A stretch of DNA of 62,345 bases, counting the filler, from Bonamia ostreae (taxonomy: Eukaryota), in the NCBI GenBank assembly GCA_040357525.1. It is 18 parts of 18 records of this genome, joined end to end, with 100 filler letters (N's around TTAATTAATTAA, not from the genome) between each part and the next. Parts side by side here need not be neighbours in the genome. Positions count along the whole stretch, not along the records: positions 20,928 to 24,302 come from JBDODL010000520.1; positions 24,403 to 27,772 come from JBDODL010000521.1; positions 27,873 to 31,241 come from JBDODL010000522.1; positions 31,342 to 34,710 come from JBDODL010000523.1; positions 34,811 to 38,178 come from JBDODL010000524.1; 13 more parts are not named here. The stretch is one strand, 5' to 3'. Positions within the stretch are counted from its first letter, which is position 1. Every line of letters begins with the position of its first letter. The position numbers and the translations under genes were made by a program. The notes beneath the pieces are model-generated. The model saw only the letters and a program-made list of their open reading frames with translations. It did not search any database and was not told the DNA's origin. This document shows, piece by piece, positions 23,807 to 34,891 of the stretch.

Positions 23807-24302
23807 ATGGCGACTAAATCTTTGTTGAAATTTGCTAATATTCCGAAAAATCAAAAAGTTTTTCGAATGTCCGCATAAGCTTAAATAAAATGTCCGATTT
23901 TCTTAATATTGAAAAAACAAAATTTTAGGACTAAAATGTAGTGCAATTTTGTTGTAGTTCAATTTTTGTTATAAAATAAGTCCGAAAAAGCTTTAAAAAA
24001 TAGATTTTTTCGGTGATAGGTTCTCAATGGGGCGACGAAGGCAAAGGGAAAATGGTTGATAATATAGCGAGAGAGTTTTTGAGTTAAAACATTTTAAAAG
24101 ATTTGGGATGGTTGCTAGATTTAATGGTGGTTCCAACGCGGGGCACATGGTCTTCATCAATAACAAAAAATTTTCTTTCCATTTGTTGCCGAGTGGAATT
24201 TTGAATCGAAAAACGATTAATGTCATCGGAAACGGCATTTTTATTAACTTTTTAAAAATTTTAAAATAATCGCTTTTTTGTTGTTAAAAATTTTGCAAAA
24301 TC
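23807..24302 (+). CDS. ADSS: Adenylosuccinate synthetase, N-terminal part (missed by the ORF track)
   Basis: Spliced MATKSLLKFANIPKNQK|IFSVIGSQWGDEGKGKMVD...ARFNGGSNAGH...FHLLPSGIL...VIGNG. Confidence 0.95.
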
Positions 24303-24402
24303 NNNNNNNNNNNNNNNNNNNNNNNNNNNNNNNNNNNNNNNNNNNNTTAATTAATTAANNNNNNNNNNNNNNNNNNNNNNNNNNNNNNNNNNNNNNNNNN
24401 NN

Positions 24403-25747
24403 TGTTCGCAGCGCCAGCCTTCACACACCCGTTTATTAGCGTAGGCAACGAGTACTCGTTCAGTGTTATTTCGAGTACTTCTGCTTCTGCGAGAATGTCA
24501 CACAGTTTGTCGAAATCTCCTCTTTGACCACACAAATCCAATATTGCGTTTATCGATGCTGCGTCTGGATTTACCGCTGTTATTTTACCATTTATTAGAA
24601 TTTTAACAACAAACTACTTTTTTTACTACTTCATAAAACAAAATATTGTTGTTATTATTTGTAGGAATCAAAAATATTATCTCATTGTTACTATTTAAAA
24701 CATCTTGATTGACACATTTTCTCCCACAAAGAGAATCCTTGTTCACAATTCCCAGTTTTGGCGCAAACGTTCAGCAAAGAATTCCACATCACTGTGTCCG
24801 GTTCCAAAGACTTTTCTGCCGATTCAAAAATATTCAGCGCTTTTGCCAAATCCCCCTTTTGTGCACACAATTTGAGTACTGTTGTTAATGTCTGCATGTT
24901 CGAGATGACTTTATGGTCGTTCATCATTTCGAAAAACGAAAATCCCTTTTCAAAGTCTTGTGCATTTGCTGCTGTCGCTATCAGAGTGTTAAAAGTGTGT
25001 TCGTCCGGTTTTAGTTTCTTTTCCAACAACATTCCAAACCAATATTCGGCTATTGTAACAATCAATTTTGTATTTGCTTTATTAACGAACCGAAAAATTA
25101 CAGCAACCGTAACTGACCATTTAAAAAAAGCAAAAATAATATAGTGACAATTTGACTTGTACATAACAGAAACCTCGGTCTAGATCATGATTATCTGAAG
25201 AAGAACATGCGTTGATTAGAGAGTTAAAAGTCTGCACATCCGGCTGAACATCGAACTGAGTCATAATGTTAAAATAGTACTCAGCGTTTTCCAAATCGCC
25301 ATTAGCCGCAAATACATTGATCAGCGAATTAAAGACAACCGTATTGGGTCTTATTCCAAAGTTCAACATGTCTTCCCAAACACCTTTATTCGTTTACAGT
25401 GTTCAAATATCTTCTTAAGATAAATGTTTTAATAAAATTTTTCGATCTATCGATACCACAAAGGAATATTTTTTTATTGTTACCATTCCAATCAAAAAGC
25501 CAAATTGTAACAATTTAAAACCAATAGCTGTCCCAACGGCTGGAGGCATTCTTTCTGAACAAGCTTTGAAGAGACTGCTAAAAACAAAGACATCAGGTTC
25601 TATTCTAAGACGTAACAATGCTTCATACTCTCCCATTACTTTCTCCAAATCAGTCCAATGCGGTCCAGCGAAAATATTGATTTTGTTCGTCGTTTTTCTA
25701 AGAAAAGATTGGTTGCGACGTTGTTCGATGTCAAGTTCATAATCCAT
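24403..25747 (-). CDS. Pentatricopeptide-repeat (P-type PPR) protein; ends uncertain or truncated
   Basis: Repeated 35-aa units: PDVFVFSSLFKAC, PNTVVFNSLINVFA, PDVQTFNSLINACS, PDEHTFNTLIAT, PDTVMWNSLLNVCA. Confidence 0.92.
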
Positions 25748-25930
25748 TTGTTGTTTCTTTTGTGACGGGTTTATAATTATATCGATTTGTGCTTTTTGTA
25801 ATTCTTGTTGTTACAAAACAATTGTGATGTACATAACAATTAACAAAAACGATATTTGTTGTTACTGACAAAAAATATATAATTTATTGTTACAAGTCCT
25901 ATTGGCCAAAACCAGATTTAAAAGAAATAA

Positions 25931-27154
25931 ATGTCAAATTGCTTTATCTTTAAATCCAAAAAAACAAATTTAGACAATCCAACTATTTTCATCGATAAAA
26001 ATTATCCTCGAAAAAAATTTATAAAACAATTCTTCAAATCGAAAAACTGCAAAATCGTTGAAGCAACTTCAAAATTTAATAAACAAAGAATGCCAATAAT
26101 CTTCACGAAAAAATCAAAATTCAGAAAAAGGATAATGAAAAACGGTATTCGCAAAACAAGAATTTTAACAAGGAAAAACAGTCTTTCAAAATTAATATCA
26201 AAATTACAAAATCAAAAAATAATAATAAAACACCCAAAAACATTCGAATTTATTGTAACCAATTCTTCTATAAAATTTGGTCACAAAAATATTAAAAACG
26301 TTTTAACAAAACATCCTTTCTGGATAATCAAACCTTCAAATAGCTCTCGCTCACGTGGAATTTTGATTATAAATACAAAAAATTTAAAAACGATGTCGTT
26401 GCCAGAAACAAAACAATATTTTTTACGAATTTTAAAAAATTGTAAATTTTACAAAAAGAACGATTTTTTGAAAAATAATTCAAAAATTACAAAATTTATA
26501 GTTCAGCGATACATTTGGAACCCATTTTTGTATAAAAACAGAAAGATTGATTACAGATGTTATTTGTTGATCGCCAGTGTCCACCCCCTTGTTGTTTTTT
26601 ATGGAAGGGGGCATATTAGAGTGGCGAGCGAGGAATATTCTTTAACAAGAAAAAGTCTCCAAAACAAATATGCTCATTTAACGAATGGGGCGAGAGGTCG
26701 CAGCAATCCATTTTATAACAAGAAAACGGATACTGTGAGGGGTGTCAGAACAAGAATGCCTTTTGTAGAATTTGCAAAATATTTTAAAAAGAATAAAAAT
26801 AATGAGCGAAATCTGTGTTTTATTGAAAAACAAATTGTTGTTGCTCTCAAAAGATTGGTTTTCAATGTATTTAAAGAAAACTCCGAAGAGCTTAAGCTTA
26901 AAAAATATGAAAATTACAACTTTGATTTGTTGGGGGCTGATTTTCTTATAACGCAAGATGGTGAAATTTTTTTGCTGGAGGTTCAATATAAACCTGGGCT
27001 GTCTTTTAGAAAGGGGTCGATTGGAGAGGGGAACAAATTGCTTTTGCGGGAATATTTTGACATTTTGCTAAAGGTTAGGAAGAACAGGATTTTGCGTAAA
27101 AATGGCGATGATTGGGTTTTCCCAAAATATAAAAAGTTTTTGATGATCAAATAA
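25931..27154 (+). CDS. Tubulin-tyrosine ligase-like (TTL/TTLL ATP-grasp) protein
   Basis: WIIKPSNSSRSRGI, IVQRYIWNP, KIDYRCYLL, HLTN and FDLLGADFLI...LLEVQ..P motifs; intronless 407 aa. Confidence 0.9.
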   Translation: MSNCFIFKSKKTNLDNPTIFIDKNYPRKKFIKQFFKSKNCKIVEATSKFNKQRMPIIFTKKSKFRKRIMKNGIRKTRILTRKNSLSKLISKLQNQKIIIKHPKTFEFIVTNSSIKFGHKNIKNVLTKHPFWIIKPSNSSRSRGILIINTKNLKTMSLPETKQYFLRILKNCKFYKKNDFLKNNSKITKFIVQRYIWNPFLYKNRKIDYRCYLLIASVHPLVVFYGRGHIRVASEEYSLTRKSLQNKYAHLTNGARGRSNPFYNKKTDTVRGVRTRMPFVEFAKYFKKNKNNERNLCFIEKQIVVALKRLVFNVFKENSEELKLKKYENYNFDLLGADFLITQDGEIFLLEVQYKPGLSFRKGSIGEGNKLLLREYFDILLKVRKNRILRKNGDDWVFPKYKKFLMIK

Positions 27155-27291
27155 ATTTTTTTGACTTTTTATTATTTTCGTTTTTTGAAAATTTTGCGCC
27201 AAATTTTTATTTTTTTGTCAAATTGCACCAATTTTGAAATAATTTTATTAAATTTGCGCAAATTTTGGTTTTTTTAAAATTTTATTTTAAT

Positions 27292-27710
27292 TTAATTGTA
27301 TATGATCTCATTTTCTACTGGAATATTGTTGATATCCTTATTTAAAGTGTCATCGCAAACCGACTTTCTTTTTCCTTGCATCAAATCAATTCTTTCTTCT
27401 TGCCATCCATATAAACTTGAAATTAAATTTTGTCGTTTTTGAAATGTTTGCAGAATCAAAATTAAGTTTTTGAAAGGACCTTGGTTTGAACTCAACAACA
27501 AGTCCTTGAGGAAAATTAAGGTCGGTAACTGTATCGACAGGGATAGATTTGAAATAAGCGTAAAGTATTCGCATCATTGAAACATGGGTGATTATGAGAA
27601 CGGGTGTAGAAGTTTGTTCTAAGTCGATGACAATGGATTCTGCTCTTACGACTCCGTCCATATAGGATTCTCCCCCTGGAAATCTGAATGTCAGAGGATT
27701 TTTCTGTTTA
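27292..27710 (-). CDS. PFKFB: 6-phosphofructo-2-kinase/fructose-2,6-bisphosphatase, C-terminal phosphatase part
   Basis: FRFPGGESYMD...IDLEQ...VLIITHVSMMRILYAYF...FKP|SLYGWQE. Confidence 0.88.
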
Positions 27711-27872
27711 TCAAAAAGTAAAAACAATAAAAATACAAATACAATCTTAAAAGAAACCTAAAACATACAATANNNNNNNNNNNNNNNNNNNNNNNNNNNN
27801 NNNNNNNNNNNNNNNNTTAATTAATTAANNNNNNNNNNNNNNNNNNNNNNNNNNNNNNNNNNNNNNNNNNNN

Positions 27873-30800
27873 GATGATGCCGTGACAGGGAGACAGCAAA
27901 AAAATGTTTACTTGTCATGGCATCATCATTAGTAGTCAAATTACAATTCTTATCTTTTGAGTTGAGTCACCCAACCGTTGTTTTTGTGTTCATGAAATCC
28001 CAAACATTTCAAAAATTAACATGTTTCTGATATGTTTCAGCGAGTGGAAAGTTGAGACTGACCATTGTGGAAGAAATCAATCCATATTTTTTTGTTTAGG
28101 CGGACCCTTAATTAGGATATACTGGTATGCTAATTTTAAAGACTCGTCTAAACGTTAATTCATTTTTATATTACAAACAATGTTCCGCCAATATCTTAAT
28201 TACCTCAGACAATGGGTGTACATACCTTATCCAAACGCGTTGTTACATCCGGTAAATAGTATGTATGTTTCAAAGATACATTTTGCAATAAATAATTTCA
28301 TTTCTATAACTTTTCCCTTGGCTAACCAAACAGGGAGTGCTAAAGATGTGTATTGAAGCACATACATATATATGATCGATCACTTCTGAAATATTTAATA
28401 TAACACCTTCTGCAGTGTAATAATCAAAGACACGAAGTATTGAATTCAAAACCCACACTGCTGATAAGCTTGTGACAGGGGTGGGTGTTGCCATTTTAGT
28501 GCGACATCAGATGGTTCTTTTTCGATAACAAAAAACAGGTTGTTGCCTACAAAATGACACAAACTATTTTACTCGCTCATTTAGAAACAAACATCCCCAT
28601 ACAATAGAACCCCCACCCCCTCTACTAGGCTCAGCACCTATGTATTTTTTTTGGTATTTTTTTTTAATTTCTAGTTCTGAGAGCTGTCGATATAGACTAA
28701 ATCAAAATATTGAAAACACTGTTACTTATGCATGTGCCATGTCAACCTCAGGTAGATATAAAACCTAATACCGGCATTTTAAACCTCCTAATCGTTTAAA
28801 TATAAACATGTGTATGTATTCTAACGCATGTGAACCTTCATGTCGCCATTTCAGTTTGTATCGAGGCAATAAGGAATGAAGTGTATCAATATTACTTTAC
28901 ATAAAGACACATATTAGTTCACATAAAGACACACAACTAAGAGACAGGTAACGCAAAACAAAATGTAGGGGCCTGCTCCGTTTGTGTTATACACAAAGTA
29001 TACACAGAAAACTGATACCAAAAGCAGACAACGTCCTCAATCTAGGTACAATATTAAATCAGTCAATGGTCAGTGTTTAAAATGTCATTTAGAATTAAAT
29101 CAGATTTCCCTTGAACAAAAACAAAGCAATACACATTTTGATACATCATACCATAGCATACCAAATAGCAATTGATCTTGAAAGATCGCCTTTGTTTGAA
29201 TATACGGTGCCTTATTTTACATATGTATCTAAAAGTTGGAAGAGAATCCTGAACTATGTCACAAAACAGGACATAGATCATATCATACCTTACCTTGAGC
29301 CTTGAGAACTTCAACTACTTCCTTGTGTACCTGAAGTTTGTTGTTCATTGTGAGAAACAATTGCATCGTATCTATATTTGAATGAATGAGTACGCATAAA
29401 GCCGTCTTTTATCTGGTTCATTTCGGTTCATTTCGGCCTCTTAAGATCTCATTTAGATACCGGAGAATCAATCGATTGTACTTTATATATTTTCTGGTGT
29501 CTGTAAGAAAAATGAAATTTTATCTCTAACTACCCGTCCAAATTGTTGACATGGAATTCCTATAAAGAATTGAGATAGGACAAACAAAGGATTTTAAAGG
29601 TGACCAAATGAGGTTTAAGGCATTTACAAATACAGTGAAAAAGTGCTGTTCTTATTCGTGCACTTTCTCATATATTCATGATACAGTTTACTATTCGACA
29701 AATAAATACATATTCAAATTTAAAAAAATTAAATCATTATATTTAAATACACAGTTGATAGGGAACCTTTTAGATAAACTATGTTGGACCATTTCTTATT
29801 CAGTTAGTATCGTACTGTGGCGTTGTTATCTTGTTTTAATCTTTAGAAAAGTAATCTGTGAGTCAAATGAGACATTTAATAAAATGATATTTGTATTGAT
29901 TGAATGCAATGAAATCTGATTTTTTTTCTTTGCTTCTAACACTGTTAAATGTGTAATTTCTTTTAGCAAACACAGAAAAATGGACTTCATGGTCTTGATT
30001 TCGTCACACCACATGCCCTTGTAATTCCATTAAAGCAAGCATAAATTGTAAATCAGTGCTTTAGTACAATTTCATCCTAATTTTCAGTATAAACTTACAC
30101 ATGAACATGTCCATGTCTTTTTGAAAAACACATTCAATACACACTGGAAAATTTAATAGAACATATTCCCTCTGATAATATAAATTATTTGCATATTGAC
30201 CGATTTTGTTGTCGATACTTCTAATACATATTAGAGTTTTTGAACATTTGGTACACATCTTTTAATTTATCTAACTGATGACAAAAATCGATCCTGAAGG
30301 TCACGAGTTACGTTTTGCAACGATTTGCGTTTAGTTTCATTATAATGCGCTACAAATATATGCGAATATTTCAAAATGATTTAGTAATGGCTACAGAATT
30401 ATTTTCTTTACAATGAAATATTTGTGTTATGTGATTTAGATTTGCCTTTATAGTCAATGCTACTTTTGCCTTACCTGCTATTGATAACCATGAATGTTCT
30501 TCTTTCACCTGTCAATTTAATTCCCCGATTGATTGATTTGAACATATCGTATTGCCAATAAGGCAAAAGGATTGGATACAAGTTAAAAAACTTAGGCAAT
30601 GTTCCCCTTTAAATAGAATACAGTCACATATACATCTGTACCGTACAATATATAAGTAACCATTTAAATATCCGTAAGTGTGAGAAAATACCGAAAAAAG
30701 CATGATACGAGCATAATATATATCACCTCCAGTGTTGCAATCTAATGCTTGCATATCAACTTGATAGATGTCGTATTCCCTTTATGTCCTCATTCACAGT

Positions 30801-31241
30801 ATGGACAAGGAATAATTTTGGATCTGTATAAATCATAATTGAAATTACATTTACGCCTTAATTTCGTATGGATTATGTTAGGTAGTTTCTTCCCCGCAGC
30901 AAAGTTATGCTTGGTAATATGAGAGTTTTTTTCTTCAAATACTAAGGGATGTTGTATCTCTTACTACACTACTTATCGAACAGCTTGTGGTATGATTTTA
31001 ATTTTAATCTGCAAAAACGTAAATTGCAATCTGAAGAGTTGCATGAAATGCGAATATTACGAACAGTGATGTACATGTATCATGATTAGACGTGGCCTTT
31101 TTGAAAATAGTTTTTTTTAGGTAAACTGGAGCTAAATTGTTTTAAATCTTATACATGGTAACAAGATTAGTCATAACACGCCTTTCACTAAGTGGTTCAT
31201 ATCCTGTTTCTACGTATAAAGAATTTATTGGAGCTATTATT
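27873..31241. other. Non-coding metazoan-like contig (probable host contaminant)
   Basis: No coherent ORFs or micro-intron genes over 3.4 kb; texture is TACA/TGTA-rich, unlike the AAAA/TTTT-CG-rich gene-dense contigs. Confidence 0.7.
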
Positions 31242-31534
31242 NNNNNNNNNNNNNNNNNNNNNNNNNNNNNNNNNNNNNNNNNNNNTTAATTAATTAANNN
31301 NNNNNNNNNNNNNNNNNNNNNNNNNNNNNNNNNNNNNNNNNTTCGCAATCTAACGTCATTTCTGTGTTTGCAATCAGAAAAAATTATCTTCATTCCAAAG
31401 TGCGGCCGTAAACCGTTAGCCATTCTTTGCGTGATTTAGAAGTAAAAAATTATTTTTGCGCCGTTTTTGGGAGAGGAAATCTACACTAACTACAAAAATA
31501 GCGTAATATTGCTTAACGAATTTTCTAAAATTGC

Positions 31535-31697
31535 TCTGTTTGTTAAATTCCTCGTTAAACAGCTTTTGAGGTTAAAGTCTGTCCATTCTTAAGTGCAAAC
31601 TGAAGTGAACGGGCAAAGCGGTATCGTTGCACTTCGATACTGAAGTCAGAAATGCGCTGGGTTGGCCATCGGAAGAAGCAAAAACTTAACAAACAGA
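31535..31697. ncRNA. Candidate structured RNA element (family and strand unresolved)
   Basis: A 12-bp inverted repeat (31535-31546 / 31686-31697) encloses the hairpin GTATCG-TTGCACTT-CGATAC (31621-31640), whose loop is the exact complement of AAGTGCAA (31591-31598). No convincing ORF. Confidence 0.35.
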
Positions 31698-31745
31698 AAA
31701 TTAATTATATACAAAAACGCTATATTGCTGTATTTTCAAATAAAA

Positions 31746-33546
31746 ATGGCGGCAAAAATGTTAAAATTTTCGGTAAATTACAAAAATGCTTTTTTAACAA
31801 ACAGCAATTTCTTAAATTTGGCCAAAACTTTATCTGATAAATTCAGAGATCACAGTTTTGTTAATTGCGCAAACTAAACTTTTTAAGTCAAAATAAAATT
31901 ATAAATTTTGCACTAACATATTTAAACAAATTTGAAAAATTGGAAAATATAAAGAAAAAGGCGATATTTACGCGGTAATGTGCTCAAATCCGTTAAAAGT
32001 TTATTTTTTCAAAATCAGTTTGCTATTGCAGTTTATTCGATATGGAACTTTACAAACGGAATTGTCTTGCCGATTTCTCCTTTGTTGGCAAAGCTTGATA
32101 TTGAAAACAAAATCAAAGTTTGCTTAATGTTTCAGCGATCAATTTCATGTCGCCATTTTAAAATTAGCAAACATAAAATTTAATTTCCGTCAAATACACT
32201 TTAAAAGCTTTTTGACGTAACAAAAATCGCAACAGACATCAATTTTGAGAAACAAAAATTCCCGTCTCACCTTAATTTCATAAATATTCACGCTCCATTA
32301 ACAAATAACAAAAATAACAACAAAACAAATCCAGACAAAATTCGGTTACAAAGAAACAGAAGCGATCCAGCTTTGATAATTCCAACGAGCGGCACAACCG
32401 GGACACAAAAAGGAGTAGTTTATAATCTGACCAAATTGCAAAATCAATCGCTAAGTATGGCGGAATGCTGGAGTCTGAGCGAGAATGACCATTTTTTGAA
32501 TATGTTGCCGCTAAACCATATTCACGGCTTCGTCAACAACTTTTATTTGCCGCTTTTTTATTTGAACGCGAAAATTACATTTACGGAAAAATTTAATCCC
32601 AAAATGTTCATCGAAACCATTTTGGAATTTGGAACGATCAATGTTTTCATGGGAGTGCCAACGATGTATTCTCAGATTGTTTCTTATTACAAAAAAGTTT
32701 TTTGCGCTAAAACAAGTTGGAAAAAGATAAAAAGAAAGAACTGTCTGAACGACTCTCAAAATTCAAAATTTTTCTATGCGGATCGGCTCCTTTATCAGAG
32801 AAAACTGAAAACGAATGGTCTTCGATATCGAGAAAACCTTTAGTACAGCGATTTGGAATGTCAGAATGCGGAATGGTGTTGTCAAACGATCCAAAAAATG
32901 TCGCTAAAAAGAGCGTCGGTGTTCAAATGCCGAAAATAAGAGCAAAATTGGACCAGAATGGCATTCGCTGTGTTGGAAAACCAAATGTAGGGGAATTGCT
33001 GGTTAAAAGCGAAAACATTTTCGAAGAATATTACAAAAACGGCGAAAAAACAAAAATGTCGTTCAAAGATGTTTTAACTTTAATTTTAAAGGGATGGTTT
33101 AAGACGGGAGATATTTTCAAATTCGACGATAAAAGAAAGGTTTTTCTGTATTTGGGGAGAAAAAATGTCGATTTTGTACAAATTAATGGTTTCAAAGTTA
33201 GTTTGATGGAAGTTGAAAAGTTGATTGTTTCTAGCAATCGTTTTAATGACTTTTTTTACAAAATCGTTGATAATTGTGGAAACTTAATGACTAAATGTTG
33301 TTGCTAATTAAAAAAGTTGCGGAAGAAGCGTTAATTGCAAAAAGATCGAAAAATGGCGTCGACTATTTGGAATGTTTTTTGGTAAAAAACAGCGAATCCA
33401 AAAATTTTGAAGAAGATTTGATAAAATTGAAAAAATGGTTAAAAAAGAATGTTAGTGGACATATGATCCCAAGAAAAATTAATTTTGTCAAAGAAATTAA
33501 GAAAAATGCTCTAGGAAAAATAGCGCGTTCATTTTACAACAAATGA
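31746..33546 (+). CDS. ACSF3: ACSF3/MatB-like malonyl-CoA synthetase (AMP-binding acyl-CoA synthetase)
   Basis: PTSGTTGTQKGV, LPLNHIHG, FMGVPTMY, CGSAPL, QRFGMSECGMVLSN, GWFKTGD and KNALGKI; introns include 32697-32716 and 33071-33091. Confidence 0.85.
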
Positions 33547-33873
33547 TTAGATAAATTTTTTCCAATTTTTCCAATTTTTCTTTTTCTAATTTTTAGTAGG
33601 AGCGTACTTTTAGATAGATTTTAATTATTTTGGGATTTATTAAAAGATAATATCACTGAAAGTTGGAACTCATTCTTGTAATAAAATTTTGAAGTCAGTT
33701 TTAGCAAATTTTATTTTTAAAATCTTTTTTACAAAAATTTTTGGCCAACATATTAAATTGCAATCAATATGACCAGTTTTGCATTCTTTGCGCGATTAAA
33801 AAGCAAAACTTTGAAATATATTTAATTTAACTAAAACTTAATAAATATAAAACAAACCGCAAATAAAACTATA

Positions 33874-34080
33874 ATGCCTGTTCATGAGTCTAGACGTCCT
33901 AAGACCAACGCTGAATTGAACAAAGAAAAACATGTCCCGCGGACAGGTTATCCCGGGAACGCCAAAAAAGATGGCGCCGGCGGTAAGTTCACATGGGGCG
34001 ATATCATGGACGACACCGCAGCTCCGATCGCTATTGATAAAAACGATCCCAATTACGATAGCCAAGAGGAAAATGATTAG
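33874..34080 (+). CDS. 68-aa protein consisting only of a PDCD4/MA3-protein N-terminal-like motif
   Basis: PRTGYPGNAKKDGAGGKFTWG...IDKNDPNYDSQEE; clean ATG, ends TAG TAA TAA. Confidence 0.8.
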   Translation: MPVHESRRPKTNAELNKEKHVPRTGYPGNAKKDGAGGKFTWGDIMDDTAAPIAIDKNDPNYDSQEEND

Positions 34081-34171
34081 TAATAAATGACAATCTTTGT
34101 AATTTTCATTTTTGGAATTAGTCGCCGTAAAAGCAAATTAAGATGAATCAGCAAATTAAAAATGGCCAAAT

Positions 34172-34710
34172 TTACAATTTTTTAGTATGAACGCTTTCTT
34201 TCCAAAATCGAAGTTCGTTTTCCAGTTTATCCGTGTGTTTGACGCCGTGTTTCTCAAGAATTTCACGTAAATGCATTCTCTGCTGCTTGTTATCTGGATC
34301 AGCCTTTTTTTGCCAGCTCAACAACAATTGCATCAATTTTCTTCTCTCTTCCTCGTTCTAAAGTCGACGGAATTTAATAGAAACCTGATCGACGAACTCC
34401 CTTGTTATAAAGCGAGAACTGAAGAACTTTGTTCTTGGTGCAAATCGCAAACTTTTTCTCGCCAAATATCTCGGCATCAAAGGTCCCATCGTAGAAATTG
34501 CTAATTTCTGGCAACAAGTTTATAGATTTAATATATCTCCTATACGCTGCTTTCGATAAATTTTATCTTCTAATAGATAAAATGCAACTGGTAGATTAAT
34601 TAATAAAAGTTAAAAATTTTGAGTATTAATTATAAAAAGAAAAAATCGAAACATCTTTCCTCTGAAATAAGATTTCGAAGTTTGTTCTCGAGCATTCCAT
34701 CGCTTCATCG
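34172..34710 (-). CDS. Hypothetical protein, C-terminal part
   Basis: Spliced frame ...LSKAAYRRYIKSINLLPEISNFY...FVDQ|27-nt intron|NEEERRKLMQLLLSWQ...VHTKKL*. Confidence 0.55.
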
Positions 34711-34891
34711 NNNNNNNNNNNNNNNNNNNNNNNNNNNNNNNNNNNNNNNNNNNNTTAATTAATTAANNNNNNNNNNNNNNNNNNNNNNNNNNNNNNNNNN
34801 NNNNNNNNNNTGTCATTGTCATTTTAGTCTAATTTTAATAAATTAAACAGATTTTTACCCAAAAACAAAAATCGATTTTTAAAATAAAAAG

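Noticed and set aside
32373-33546. Apparent frameshifts, pseudogenes or an alternative genetic code in ACSF3, UTP25, Der and others
   Set aside because: The breaks I examined are resolved by short GT-AG introns, and TAA, TAG and TGA all occur as genuine terminal stops.
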